A stretch of 64,000 bases of DNA from an uncultured Gammaproteobacteria bacterium (GTDB lineage: Bacteria; Pseudomonadota; Gammaproteobacteria; JAJDYQ01): assembly GCA_942491945.1 (NCBI GenBank), contig CALODD010000085.1:4311-68310 (forward strand). Direction: 5' to 3'. Shown here piece by piece: positions 9,358 to 20,334 of this stretch. The translations under genes were made by a program, and so were the position numbers. The notes beneath the pieces are model-generated. The model was not told where the DNA came from and did no database searches. It saw nothing but the letters and a program-made list of their open reading frames with translations. Each line of letters begins with the position of its first letter. Within the stretch, counting starts at the first letter, position 1.

Positions 9358-12191
9358 TTAAGCGTATAAACGCGCTTCACCTGATCCATCGATATTTTCA
9401 ACACAACGACCACAGATTGTTTCATGGCCTTCATGCGAACCAACGTCATCGCGATGGTGCCAGCAACGCTCGCACTTTTCTTTCTCCGTCGGAATCACTT
9501 TAACGAATAAATCATCACGATCTTCAGCCTGCATCGCATCATCTGGTTTATCTGATAGTGCATGGACACGTGCGTAGGAGGTAATAAAAGCAAAACGCAA
9601 TTCATCACCCAGTTGATTTAATAACGTCGCCACTTCGTCGCTACAATATACATCGACCTCAGCCGCCAGCGATGAGCCAATCAGCTTTTCCTTGCGCGCT
9701 TTTTCCAGTTCGCGAGAAACTGCTTCACGTACACCCATAATCTGTGACCAGAAGTCATCGGACAGTCTTCGTTCTTCATGATTATGCAAACCGTCATACC
9801 ATTGATTTAAAAACACAGACTCGGAACGGTCACCCGGCATATGCTGCCAGATTTCTTCAGCTGTAAAACTCAGGATAGGCGCTAACCAGCGAACCAGTGC
9901 TTCAGCAATATCGTACATCGCCGTTTGTGCCGAGCGTCGTGCGACGGCATCGGTCGGCATTGTATAGATACGATCTTTGAGGATGTCCAGGTAGAACGAT
10001 CCCATATCCACTGCGCAGAAGTTATGTACCTTCTGATAAATCAGATGAAAATTAAAATCATCATAGGCGGTGACAATTTCTTCCTGTAACTGGCGTGCGC
10101 GATCAACTGCCCAACGATCCAGTTCCAGCATATCGTTCGCATCAACACGATGACTTGCAGGATCAAAGCCTTCCAGATTTGCCAACAGATAACGCGCTGT
10201 ATTACGCAGGCGACGATACGAGTCTGACATGCGTTTCAGAATTTCATCCGACACGTGCATCTCATTCCGATAATCGGTTGCCGCAACCCACAAACGCAAG
10301 ACATCAGCGCCAAGCTGTTTAACAATCTTCTGTGGTTGCACCACATTACCGACCGACTTTGACATTTTCTTGCCGTCTTTATCAACAGTAAAACCATGCG
10401 TCAGTACATTCTTGTATGGAGGCTCACCATTCATACCAATCGCTGTCAGCAATGAAGACTGGAACCAGCCACGATGCTGGTCGGAACCTTCCAGATACAG
10501 ATCAGCGGGATAATGCAGATCATCATTATGCTCCAGTACACAATGATGTGTTGAACCTGAATCAAACCAGACGTCCAGCGTATCGGTCACCTGGATATAT
10601 TGATCAGCATCATCACCTAATAGCTCAGACGCATCCAGTTCATGCCAGGCGTCAATACCTGACTCCTCTACTTTCTTCGCAACCTGTTCGATGAGTTCTA
10701 AAGTATCTGGATGTAACTCTTCGGAATCTTTATGGATAAAAATCGCAATTGGCACCCCCCAGGTACGCTGACGTGAAATACACCAATCCGGACGATTTTC
10801 GATCATGCCGTTAATACGTGCTTGCCCCCAGTCGGGCATCCAGTTCACACCATCAATCGCTTTCAATGCGGTATCGCGCAAACCATTTTGATCCATGGAG
10901 ATAAACCACTGTGGTGTCGCACGGAAGATAACTGGTATCTTATGACGCCAGCAATGCGGATACGAATGCGGCAGACTGGCATCGTGCAATAACTTGCCAC
11001 GCTCAGTCAGTATCTCGATGACCGACTTGTTGGCTTTCATCACAAACTGGCCTTCCAGCAATTCGGTACCTTTAACAAAGCAACCATCATTGCCTACAGG
11101 GTTATCGACTGGCAGGTTGTATTTCTGGCCCACATTAAAATCATCGACACCATGACCGGGGGCTGTATGTACAGCACCCGTACCCGCTTCAGTTGTCACG
11201 TGATCACCGAGAATAACGGGGACTTCGCGATCATAAAACGGATGCACCAACTGCAGGTTTTCAAGTTTAGAGCCAGTAACACGAGCGAGTACTTCTACAT
11301 TCTCAGCACCAAAGCGCTCCAGACAAGATTCACTTAACTCATTGACCAACACTATAATTTCTTCATTACCGTTGATTGAGACCTTATTCACCGCATATTC
11401 AAAATCCGGGTGCAGACACACCGCCTGGTTTGCCGGTAATGTCCATGGGGTTGTGTTCAGATCGGCAGGCTAACGGTTAGCCCATTTGTACTGATACCGG
11501 AGGCTGCTTCAAATGCCGCGCTATCAATAATGTTAAAACGTACATCGATAGCAGGTGATGTCTTGTCCTGATATTCGACTTCTGCTTCAGCCAGCGCCGA
11601 ACGACAGTCGGTACACCAGTAAACCGGCTTATGGCCTTTATGTAGATGACCATTATCAATCAACTTACCCAGTGAACGAATAATGTTCGCTTCGAAGTCA
11701 TAGTTCATGGTCAGGTATGGGTTCTGCCAGTCACCATTAACACCCAGACGTATAAAATCTTCACGCTGTTTATCGACCTGTTTACCGGCATATTCACGAC
11801 AGGCATCACGGAAGGCGCGGTGATCAATTTTCTGCCCAGGACGACCTTTCTTTTTCTCAACCTGATGTTCAATCGGCAGGCCATGGCAGTCCCAGCCTGG
11901 AACATAAGGTGCATCAAAACCACTCAGGGTTTTGGATTTAATGATGATGTCCTTCAGGACTTTATTAACCGCATGACCAATATGAATTTCACCGTTCGCA
12001 TACGGTGGGCCGTCGTGCAGAATATATTTCGGTAGCTCTTTACCCTGCTCACGCAGCTTCAGATAAAGTTTCAGGTCATCCCAGAACTTCAGCATCTGTG
12101 GCTCACGATTCGCCAGATTGGCTTTCATTGGAAACGCCGTCTTTGGCAGGTTCAATGTTGCCTTGTAATCTTTTTTGTTCTCGTCACTCAT
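9358..12191 (-). pseudogene. ileS: Isoleucine--tRNA ligase, reading frame broken by a 1-nt deletion near 11457-11459
   Basis: Two ORFs (11457..12191, 244 aa; 9358..11421, 687 aa) together cover a full IleS: HIGH region [18 protein letters not shown] (GKKMSKSVGN) and a C-terminal Zn-finger CERCWHH...CGRCV. The total length of 2834 nt is 2 mod 3. The frames rejoin if ATC TGA AC is read as ATC TGG AAC, giving ...[24 protein letters not shown]. Confidence 0.9.
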
Positions 12192-13117
12192 GTGTCTAAC
12201 ACTTTCCTTGCTAACTCGGCATCACGCGCAATCTGCTGCGTCATTACCTCAACACTTTCAAATTTTTCTTCGTTACGCAGATGCTGAACAAACTCAACCT
12301 CTACACGTTTGCCGTAACAGTCTCCATCCCAATCGAACAGATGTACTTCGAGTATCCAGCCATCACCACCAACAGTCGGCCGGGTACCAATACTGGCAAC
12401 GCCATTCAAAACATTACGTTCAATACCATGCACCCGCACCGCATAAATTCCACCCAGTGGTGAACGCCAACGTCGCACCGGGATATTAATCGTTGGCCAG
12501 CCAATATCGCGGCCTAATTTCTTACCATGCGTGACCCGTCCGCACATACGGTAAGGTCGACCGAGCAATTCACCTGCGTCCTGTAACTCACCTGCATTCA
12601 AATGCTGGCGAACCGATGTACTACTAACTCGACGATCCGACTCAACAACACTATCGATGTTATCGCATTCAAAACCATGCTCAGCCGCGGCCTGCTGTAG
12701 CATCTCATAATCACCCTGCCGATCTTTACCAAATCGAAAATCATCACCAATCAACAGGTACTGCACATTCAACCGTTTGACCAGTACATCGCTAATAAAA
12801 TGTTCCGCCGGCATTTGTGACAGGGCCTGGTTAAAACGCATCACGATAAGATTATCCAGCACCAGCTCATTTAATGCGTTGACCTTTTCAGCCAGACGAT
12901 ACAGGCGCGATGGTGCTCTTTCTCGCATGAAAAACTCCAGCGGTTGTGGCTCGAAAATCATTAATGACTTCGACAATTTGCCACGCGCCTCTGCTGCGTA
13001 ATGGAGCGAGCTCAGTATTTTCTGATGTCCCAGATGTACACCATCAAAATTACCAATCGTCAGCGCACACGGCGGCACATTTCGAGATAGTGCAGACAGG
13101 TCACGGACAATTCGCAT
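12188..13117 (-). CDS. ribF: Bifunctional riboflavin kinase / FMN adenylyltransferase
   Basis: 309-aa ORF with [13 protein letters not shown] and a C-terminal riboflavin kinase region (GRPY...GKKLGR...PTINI). It has a 4-nt overlap with ileS. Confidence 0.95.
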   Translation of the reverse strand: MRIVRDLSALSRNVPPCALTIGNFDGVHLGHQKILSSLHYAAEARGKLSKSLMIFEPQPLEFFMRERAPSRLYRLAEKVNALNELVLDNLIVMRFNQALSQMPAEHFISDVLVKRLNVQYLLIGDDFRFGKDRQGDYEMLQQAAAEHGFECDNIDSVVESDRRVSSTSVRQHLNAGELQDAGELLGRPYRMCGRVTHGKKLGRDIGWPTINIPVRRWRSPLGGIYAVRVHGIERNVLNGVASIGTRPTVGGDGWILEVHLFDWDGDCYGKRVEVEFVQHLRNEEKFESVEVMTQQIARDAELARKVLDT

Positions 13118-13204
13118 GGATACGCCAGTTCAACGACAAAGCCGCGCATTATAGCGGTGTTTTAAGCCCGCTGTTAGCGAGTTTCGAGGGGTTCTGACGA
13201 GAAA

Positions 13205-13924
13205 TCAGTCCTCGATATGCTCCCAGTAGGCCTTAAAAATCGGCTCAAGTTCTTCCACAGCTTCGCCAATCGAGGCAGGGACATATTGCGACAGCGCATC
13301 AAGCAAAATAATGGCGTTGATTGCGCCATCATGTTTCTGGCCATCAGGCCCCAGTGCCGCACGCATGCGTTGGCTGAGTTTGTGGTTCACTTCCACCAGA
13401 TTAGCGTAATGATCTTCAAGCTCTCCAAAATCAGAGTATGCACGCCCGGTAATCGATTTCTTGAAATACTGACCTAATCGGTACATCGAAAGCACCCGAT
13501 AAAGCGTTTCATCCGGGTCAGCCAGCGGCAGGTGAAAATGCGCCATCGGCCGCAGAAATTGTGTATATGGACATTCGCTGGTCGCCATAAACAAACCTAG
13601 CAAAGAGCCCAAAATATCCTGCACCGGCGCAATCATCTGCTTACTGCGCTCGCCCTGGTCTACAGTGACTTTGATCTCATCAACAGAGTTCAGATGTCCC
13701 AGTTCCTCAACAAAGGGAATGACACGGATCGCCAGAGGACAACAGGCATACTCTTCAGCAGATAACGGACAATGTCCGCATTTATTGTTCTCCAGATGCG
13801 TCCATTCGGGTGAGTTGTCCGTCGTGTGCGATTTAACATCATCCGCATCCAGCTCCAGACTGACCGGGAATCTCACCTCGTCGTATTCGTCGACTGACAG
13901 TTTATATTCTATGACGCTCGACAT
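13205..13924 (-). CDS. Hypothetical Cys-containing protein (239 aa)
   Basis: Intact ORF between murJ and ribF. It contains CGHCP...ACCP and SECPY cysteine strings. The family is not recognised. Confidence 0.55.
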   Translation of the reverse strand: MSSVIEYKLSVDEYDEVRFPVSLELDADDVKSHTTDNSPEWTHLENNKCGHCPLSAEEYACCPLAIRVIPFVEELGHLNSVDEIKVTVDQGERSKQMIAPVQDILGSLLGLFMATSECPYTQFLRPMAHFHLPLADPDETLYRVLSMYRLGQYFKKSITGRAYSDFGELEDHYANLVEVNHKLSQRMRAALGPDGQKHDGAINAIILLDALSQYVPASIGEAVEELEPIFKAYWEHIED

Positions 13925-13978
13925 CTCTCTATCCTGTTGTTCTTATCATTAACCGCTGACTAGAAAATATACGGTTGT

Positions 13979-15544
13979 TTATTCTGGCTTCATCATATGC
14001 GTTGGACGCAAACCAAGCAAAATTAATATCATGCCAAACACTCCAGCACCTGCCGTTACCCATACCGTTAACCAGCCTGCCCTGCTGAAAAGATCACGCT
14101 GATACCATTCACCGGTTTCACCTGCGAACATCCATAGCACTCCACCCATAACCGCAGATGCAATCAATACACGGACCAGAAAAATACCCCAGCCTTTAGC
14201 GAAGTAATACACACCATCACGCTTTAGCCAGATATAGAGTAATGCGCAGTTCACATAAGCCGCCAACGCCGTTGCCGCTGCCAGGCCCATATGCACACCA
14301 TCAAATGCCACGTAATACAGGCCGCCGACGAACAGTAATTTAAAAATCACATTCGCCACCATGGCAGAAATCGCCGCTTTCACCGGCGTCTTTGTATCCT
14401 GACGAGAGAAATACCCCGGCGCTAAAACCTTCACGAAAATAAAAGCGGGCAAACCAAGCGTGTAAGCCATCAGACTCAAACGCGACATCTCGATATCACG
14501 CAAGCCAAACTCACCATAACCAAACAAGGTTGCCAGCATCGGCCCAGCCAGAACAAACAGACCCACCATAGCCGGAATACTGATTAACACCGCCCAGCGC
14601 ATGGCCCAGTCCATCAGATTATAAAACTTGTCGGGCGAATCAGAGGCATGCACTCTGGAAAGACTCGGCAATATCACTGTCGCCAATGCCACACCAAAAA
14701 CCCCCAGCGGAAATTCCACCAGACGATCCGAGAAATAAATCCAGGTGACACTGCCCGTCACCAGAAACGAGGCGATCAGGGTATCCATCAACAGGCTGAT
14801 CTGCAGCACCGAAGAACCAAAGATCGCTGGCAACATCAGCTTACGAATCTTAGTCACACCTTCGTGATACCAACCCCAGCGTGGCATCGGCAATAGACCC
14901 AGTCGATAAACGGCTGGTAACTGAAACCCAAGCTGAACCACACCCGCAACAAACACACCACCGGCCAATGCCATCACGGGCTCGTCCAGATGAGGTGATA
15001 CACCAATGGCCGCAATAATCAGCACCAGATTCAGAAACACCGGCGTAAAGGCCGGAATCGCAAATTGCCTGTAGGTATTGAGAATCCCAGCTGTCAGAGC
15101 CGCCATAGAGATAAAGAAAATATACGGGAAGGTGAAACGCAGCATTTCGACGCTCAGCGCGAATTTGTCTTCATTGCCCTCCGTCAGAAAACCCGCGCCA
15201 AAAATAGAAATCAGCACAGGCGCACCAATTACACCCAGTACAGTAATCAGTAAGAGAGACAACGCCAGTGTTCCGGACGCATAAGCCACCAGCTCACGGA
15301 CTGCGGGATCGCCCTCTTTCTCCCTGGCTTCCGACAGAACCGGCACAAATGACTGCGAAAAGGCCCCCTCGGCAAACAGGCGACGTAGAAAGTTGGGAAT
15401 CTTGAAGGCCACGAAAAAGGCATCCGTCGCTGCCCGCGCACCAAAATAATTGGCGAACACAATATCTCGCGCCAGACCGGCAATACGCGAAATCAAAGTC
15501 ATTGAAGAAAAACTGAAGACTGATTTGAGGAGTTTGTCGGCCAA
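13979..15544 (-). CDS. murJ: Lipid II flippase MurJ (MviN)
   Basis: 521-aa multi-TM ORF with the N-terminus ...SSMTLISRIAGLARDIVFANYFGA...DAFFVAFKIPNFLRRLFAEGAFSQSFVPVL, typical of MurJ. Confidence 0.95.
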   Translation of the reverse strand: MADKLLKSVFSFSSMTLISRIAGLARDIVFANYFGARAATDAFFVAFKIPNFLRRLFAEGAFSQSFVPVLSEAREKEGDPAVRELVAYASGTLALSLLLITVLGVIGAPVLISIFGAGFLTEGNEDKFALSVEMLRFTFPYIFFISMAALTAGILNTYRQFAIPAFTPVFLNLVLIIAAIGVSPHLDEPVMALAGGVFVAGVVQLGFQLPAVYRLGLLPMPRWGWYHEGVTKIRKLMLPAIFGSSVLQISLLMDTLIASFLVTGSVTWIYFSDRLVEFPLGVFGVALATVILPSLSRVHASDSPDKFYNLMDWAMRWAVLISIPAMVGLFVLAGPMLATLFGYGEFGLRDIEMSRLSLMAYTLGLPAFIFVKVLAPGYFSRQDTKTPVKAAISAMVANVIFKLLFVGGLYYVAFDGVHMGLAAATALAAYVNCALLYIWLKRDGVYYFAKGWGIFLVRVLIASAVMGGVLWMFAGETGEWYQRDLFSRAGWLTVWVTAGAGVFGMILILLGLRPTHMMKPE

Positions 15545-15662
15545 ATTATTTTTCCTGTTATGTGCTCGCCGGTCGTGTGGCGCGTATTATGTCAGCTTTT
15601 CACGATAGCACCGAAATCCGGCAGAATTCAGTCGGAAATCAGGCAAAAAAGGCCGGAAAACA

Positions 15663-15700
15663 TTGACTTTCGGCGTGAAAATGCCCATATTACGCGCCCT
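15663..15700 (+). promoter_or_regulatory. Predicted sigma70 promoter of rpsT with GC-rich discriminator
   Basis: TTGACT (15663-15668), a 17-nt spacer, CATATT (15686-15691), then ACGCGCCC. It lies about 60 nt upstream of the rpsT GTG start, which is preceded by CAGGAG. Confidence 0.45.
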
Positions 15701-15755
15701 TTTGAGCACCATGCCATTGTGGCATGTGAAATAACTGAATTTTCAGGAGCAAAAC

Positions 15756-16019
15756 GTGGCAAATAGTCCTCAAGCCAAAAAACGTGCCCGTCAGGCCGAC
15801 AACAGCAACGCGCGCAACGCAGCTCAGCGTTCACGTCTGCGTACGGCTATCAAGAAAGTTGTTTACGCTGTAGAAGCTGGCGACAAAGCAACTGCAGAGA
15901 CGGCATACAAAGAAGCTGTTCCTGTTATTGACAGCGCCTGCGGTAAAGGCCTGATTCATCGCAATAAGGCTGCTCGTCATAAGAGCCGTTTGAATACGAC
16001 TATTCGTGCGATGGCTTAA
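15756..16019 (+). CDS. rpsT: 30S ribosomal protein S20
   Basis: 87-aa ORF beginning MANSPQAKKRARQ... and ending ...GLIHRNKAARHKSRL. GTG start. Confidence 0.95.
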   Translation: MANSPQAKKRARQADNSNARNAAQRSRLRTAIKKVVYAVEAGDKATAETAYKEAVPVIDSACGKGLIHRNKAARHKSRLNTTIRAMA

Positions 16020-16047
16020 TTTTTTAAGCTTTTTAGAATTGTGAAGG

Positions 16048-16071
16048 AACCGCGCACTGCGCGGTTTTTTT
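16048..16071 (+). terminator. Rho-independent terminator of rpsT
   Basis: Stem AACCGCGC / GCGCGGTT with loop ACT, followed by a T7 run, about 30 nt after the rpsT stop. Confidence 0.8.
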
Positions 16072-16106
16072 ATGTCTGGGTTTTGTGGTGGCGACGCCTG
16101 GGACGC

Positions 16107-16253
16107 CGTCATTCCGGCGTGCCTTTGGCCGGAATCCCTCCATCGTCACTCCGACGTGTGTTTGGCCGGCCTCCCTTTCTACTACCATTCCAGCGTGCCT
16201 TTCACACAACCCAATCACACCCCGTCATTCCCGCATGAATTAGGCGGGAATCT
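16107..16253. repeat. Cluster of about four short palindromic repeat units (ATTCCSGC-N9-GCSGGAAT type, REP/dRS3-like), two intact and two degenerate
   Basis: Intact units are ATTCCGGC(16111-16118)...GCCGGAAT(16128-16135) and ATTCCCGC(16227-16234)...GCGGGAAT(16244-16251). Each is preceded by CGTC. Degenerate copies lie at about 16142-16175 and 16184-16212. Confidence 0.6.
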
Positions 16254-16845
16254 ATATTTAGCATGGCGAGGTTTCGCGCTTGATCGTTTGTTTTCTTTAT
16301 TAAACTCGTTGCACGAGCGCGAGCCCTTTTTGTTTCGGCAAAAAGGGCGGAAAACCATTTACTCCGAATACGCTGGTCTTCGACTTCCCATTTATTTCCA
16401 GATTGATTCGGCGCTGCGTAAACTCGCCCTTCGTACCTCAGGGCTCAGACAGTACTTGCTTAACCCGAATAAACCTGAAAATAAACGGCAGCGTATAAGT
16501 CGCGGAAAGGCACCAGCCCTAAAGAATGTGCTTTTGACCTTCCTCCCTATGACTCGACGAGCAACGGAGAAAAATTGACCGTAAATCGGCAGGAGCCGAT
16601 TTAGGAGCGCGCAGCAGGACGCTGCTCGCGACGGCGGTTAATTTTTCGAGTAGCGCAGTGAAGCCGATAGGCCGAGTCATTCGGGAAATGTTTCTTTTGG
16701 TTACTTTTCTTGCGCCAAGAAAAGTAACGCCCGCCGCAGGCGAAATGCTAAAAGATTGAATAATAAAAGCCATCTATATGCCATACTAGACATTAATATT
16801 TGTGTGTTAAAAACAAACAATCACAAGCCACCACTATACAAACCT

Positions 16846-18009
16846 ATGCAAAAAACTTTTGCTTATATTGATGAGTACGGAAATCATGATTTAGATACCA
16901 CAAAAAAAGGTGCGTCAAAGTTTTTTATTCTGGTTGCGGTTTTAATCCCAGAAGAAAAAATCAAGGATTTAAAATCTAGTACAGAGCTGATTAGAAAAAA
17001 ATATTTTCAGACCGGAGAGATGAAATCCAGCGGGATTGGAAACAATCATAAACGCCGAATTTCGGTACTAAACTCTACTAAGGATCTAGAATTCACTTTC
17101 TACTCCCTCGTTGTTGATAAAGACCGAATCAACAAGGACAGCGGCTTAAAATATAAAAAATCGTTTCTAAAGTACCTCAATGGAAAAGTCTATAAAAAGC
17201 TATTCTCGGGATTCAACGACATACACATCATTGCAGACGAACATGGAAGCGAAGCATATAAGGATAGCTTCAGGCGCTATATTGAAAAACATCACAAACC
17301 AGATATGTTCTATAGAGCAAGTTTCGACTTAGTACAAAGTAAAGATCATGTATTAGTTCAACTAGCAGACTTAATCGTTGGCTCTATATCAAAAATATAT
17401 GAGGATAAAGCCAGTCAAAGCTTAACCGAATCCTATTTAACCCTGATTAAACAAAAATGTATTGGTCTTGACGAATGGCCCACTAAATTCCAGGCATACT
17501 ATCCACCTGACACAACAACCGACGAGTTTAGCCAATTAATATTCTCGCATTCACTAGCATCTGCTGAGATATTTATAGAAGAACATGAATCAAATCCAGA
17601 AGAAGACATTAGACTACAGGTAGCCACCGCGAGATTTTTCATATTCCACTCCCGTTGGATAAACAAAGATTCCTACATTTCCACCAAGGCAATACAGGAA
17701 CATTTACATGATTCAGGTTATGGGAAAGTAACCGAGCAAAAACTGAGATCATCTATTATCGCAAAGCTAAGAGATAGCGATGTAATTATATCAAGCTCTA
17801 ACAAAGGATATAAAATTCCATCCTCATTTAAAGATATGGAAACATTCGTGGAGACTGTAAATAGCAAAATTAAGCCATTATTAGAGCGTCTCGGGCGAGC
17901 TAGAGCTAATTTAAAATTGGCCAGTCATGGGGAAATAGATATATTGAAAGGCCCGAACTCCCCTCACTTAGTCACATTTATTGAAACCTTAGAAAAACAA
18001 AAAAAATAA
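16846..18009 (+). CDS. DUF3800-domain protein with an uncharacterised C-terminal half (possible winged-helix)
   Basis: The ORF track starts at TTG 16756. The likely start is ATG 16846 (MQKTFAYIDEYGNHD...). The DUF3800 hallmarks YIDE-G at the N-terminus and a later VQLADLIVGSI are present. The gene is strongly AT-rich compared with its neighbours. Confidence 0.75.
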   Translation: MQKTFAYIDEYGNHDLDTTKKGASKFFILVAVLIPEEKIKDLKSSTELIRKKYFQTGEMKSSGIGNNHKRRISVLNSTKDLEFTFYSLVVDKDRINKDSGLKYKKSFLKYLNGKVYKKLFSGFNDIHIIADEHGSEAYKDSFRRYIEKHHKPDMFYRASFDLVQSKDHVLVQLADLIVGSISKIYEDKASQSLTESYLTLIKQKCIGLDEWPTKFQAYYPPDTTTDEFSQLIFSHSLASAEIFIEEHESNPEEDIRLQVATARFFIFHSRWINKDSYISTKAIQEHLHDSGYGKVTEQKLRSSIIAKLRDSDVIISSSNKGYKIPSSFKDMETFVETVNSKIKPLLERLGRARANLKLASHGEIDILKGPNSPHLVTFIETLEKQKK

Positions 18010-18019
18010 GAAAGCCGCT

Positions 18020-19141
18020 TCACATCAAAACCAAATTATCCCGATGAATCAACTCCGCCTCATCAACATACCCCAGTAAATTCTGTATCTCACTACTCGC
18101 CTGCCCTTTAATGACATCGACTTCGGCAGAAGAATAATTCACCAGACCACGCGCAACTTCATTGCCTTTATTATCAATACAGGCAACAACTTCGCCGCGC
18201 TGGAATTTTCCGATGACACGCTTCACGCCTACCGGCAACAAACTTTTACCGGATTGCTTCAGTACTTTTACCGCGCCGTCATCGAGTTCCAGTTTTCCAG
18301 GTATGACCATATGACCAGCAAGCCATTGTTTACGTGCTGCGAGGGGCTCATTGGCCGGGCAAAACAAGGTACCTATCTGCTCACCTTGCGCGAGTCTCTT
18401 TAGTGTTCCTTCACCACGCCCACCAACAACAAAGGTTGCTGTACCTGAGCGTGCTGCAAGTCGTGCGGCCTGTACTTTGGTGATCATTCCACCACGACCT
18501 AACAGGCCTGAACCTGATGCCATTCCTTCTAATGTATCGTCATCGACACTGACACGATCAAGTAACTTGGCATCCTTATTTTCGCGTGGATTACTGTCAT
18601 ACATGCCTTGTTGATCTGTCAGGATCGCGAGCACATCGGCTTCAATTAAATTCGCGGTTAATGCGGCCAGTCGATCATTATCACCAAACTGAATTTCTTC
18701 CATCGCGACGGTATCGTTTTCATTCACCACTGGAATCACACCGAGATCAAGTAGTCGATTTAATGTACTGCGTGCATTCAGATAACGACGACGGTTTGCC
18801 ATGTCATCATGGGTGAACAGTACTTGTGCGGTATGCACGCCGTGTTTTTGAAAGCAGGATTCATAGGCTTGTACCAGGCCCATCTGTCCAATTGCCGCGG
18901 CGGCCTGTAAGTCATTCAGTGCTTCTGGACGAGACGTCCAGCCTAAACGCGACAGGCCTTCAGCAACGGAACCGGATGATACTAGAACAACACGTCGTCC
19001 TTCGGAACGCATCTGACAGATATCTTCCACCCACGCAGAAATCTGGTCGTGATCGAGCCCCTGGCCGTCTTTGGTTACCAGTGAACTACCAACCTTAATG
19101 ACCCAGCGTTGGCTTTGTCCGAGTTGTTCTCTGCTTTTCAT
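18020..19141 (-). CDS. proB: Glutamate 5-kinase
   Basis: 373-aa ORF with [12 protein letters not shown], an amino-acid kinase core, and a C-terminal PUA region ([23 protein letters not shown]). Confidence 0.95.
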   Translation of the reverse strand: MKSREQLGQSQRWVIKVGSSLVTKDGQGLDHDQISAWVEDICQMRSEGRRVVLVSSGSVAEGLSRLGWTSRPEALNDLQAAAAIGQMGLVQAYESCFQKHGVHTAQVLFTHDDMANRRRYLNARSTLNRLLDLGVIPVVNENDTVAMEEIQFGDNDRLAALTANLIEADVLAILTDQQGMYDSNPRENKDAKLLDRVSVDDDTLEGMASGSGLLGRGGMITKVQAARLAARSGTATFVVGGRGEGTLKRLAQGEQIGTLFCPANEPLAARKQWLAGHMVIPGKLELDDGAVKVLKQSGKSLLPVGVKRVIGKFQRGEVVACIDNKGNEVARGLVNYSSAEVDVIKGQASSEIQNLLGYVDEAELIHRDNLVLM

Positions 19142-20254
<1,113 letters not shown>

Positions 20255-20284
20255 TTAAATTAATTCCGCAAAAAAAGATCGGCA

Positions 20285-20315
20285 TAAAAAAAGCCCCGCA
20301 GTGCGGGGCTTTTTA
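20285..20315 (-). terminator. Rho-independent (bidirectional-looking) terminator after rpmA
   Basis: GCCCCGC-AGT-GCGGGGC hairpin (20293-20309), flanked by an A-run on one side and a T-run on the other. It lies 20 nt downstream of the rpmA stop. Confidence 0.8.
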
Positions 20316-20334
20316 AATTCAGCTTAAATGCCGC

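Noticed and set aside
9358-12191. ileS split as a programmed frameshift or a naturally two-piece IleS.
   Set aside because: There is no slippery heptamer or stimulatory structure. The break falls inside the conserved WTTTPWTLP motif and is repaired by a single inserted G. A sequencing error or recent lesion is more parsimonious.
16107-16253. Possible CRISPR array.
   Set aside because: There are only about four units, and two are badly degenerate. The units are themselves palindromes separated by a few nt rather than by unique 30-40-nt spacers. No cas genes are present in the window.
16423-16433. An 11-nt identity (CTCGCCCTTCG) shared between 16423-16433 and 48263-48273, considered as evidence of a dispersed repeat.
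   Set aside because: An 11-mer match is expected many times by chance in a 64-kb window, and the flanks do not align.
16072-16773. ORFs 16072..16578 (+, 168 aa) and 16519..16773 (-, 84 aa) in the rpsT-proB gap.
   Set aside because: The translations simply read through the palindromic repeat units and hairpins (VIPACLWPESL..., ...GVTFLGARKVTKRN...). There is no start context or domain signal, so the tract is treated as non-coding repeat sequence.
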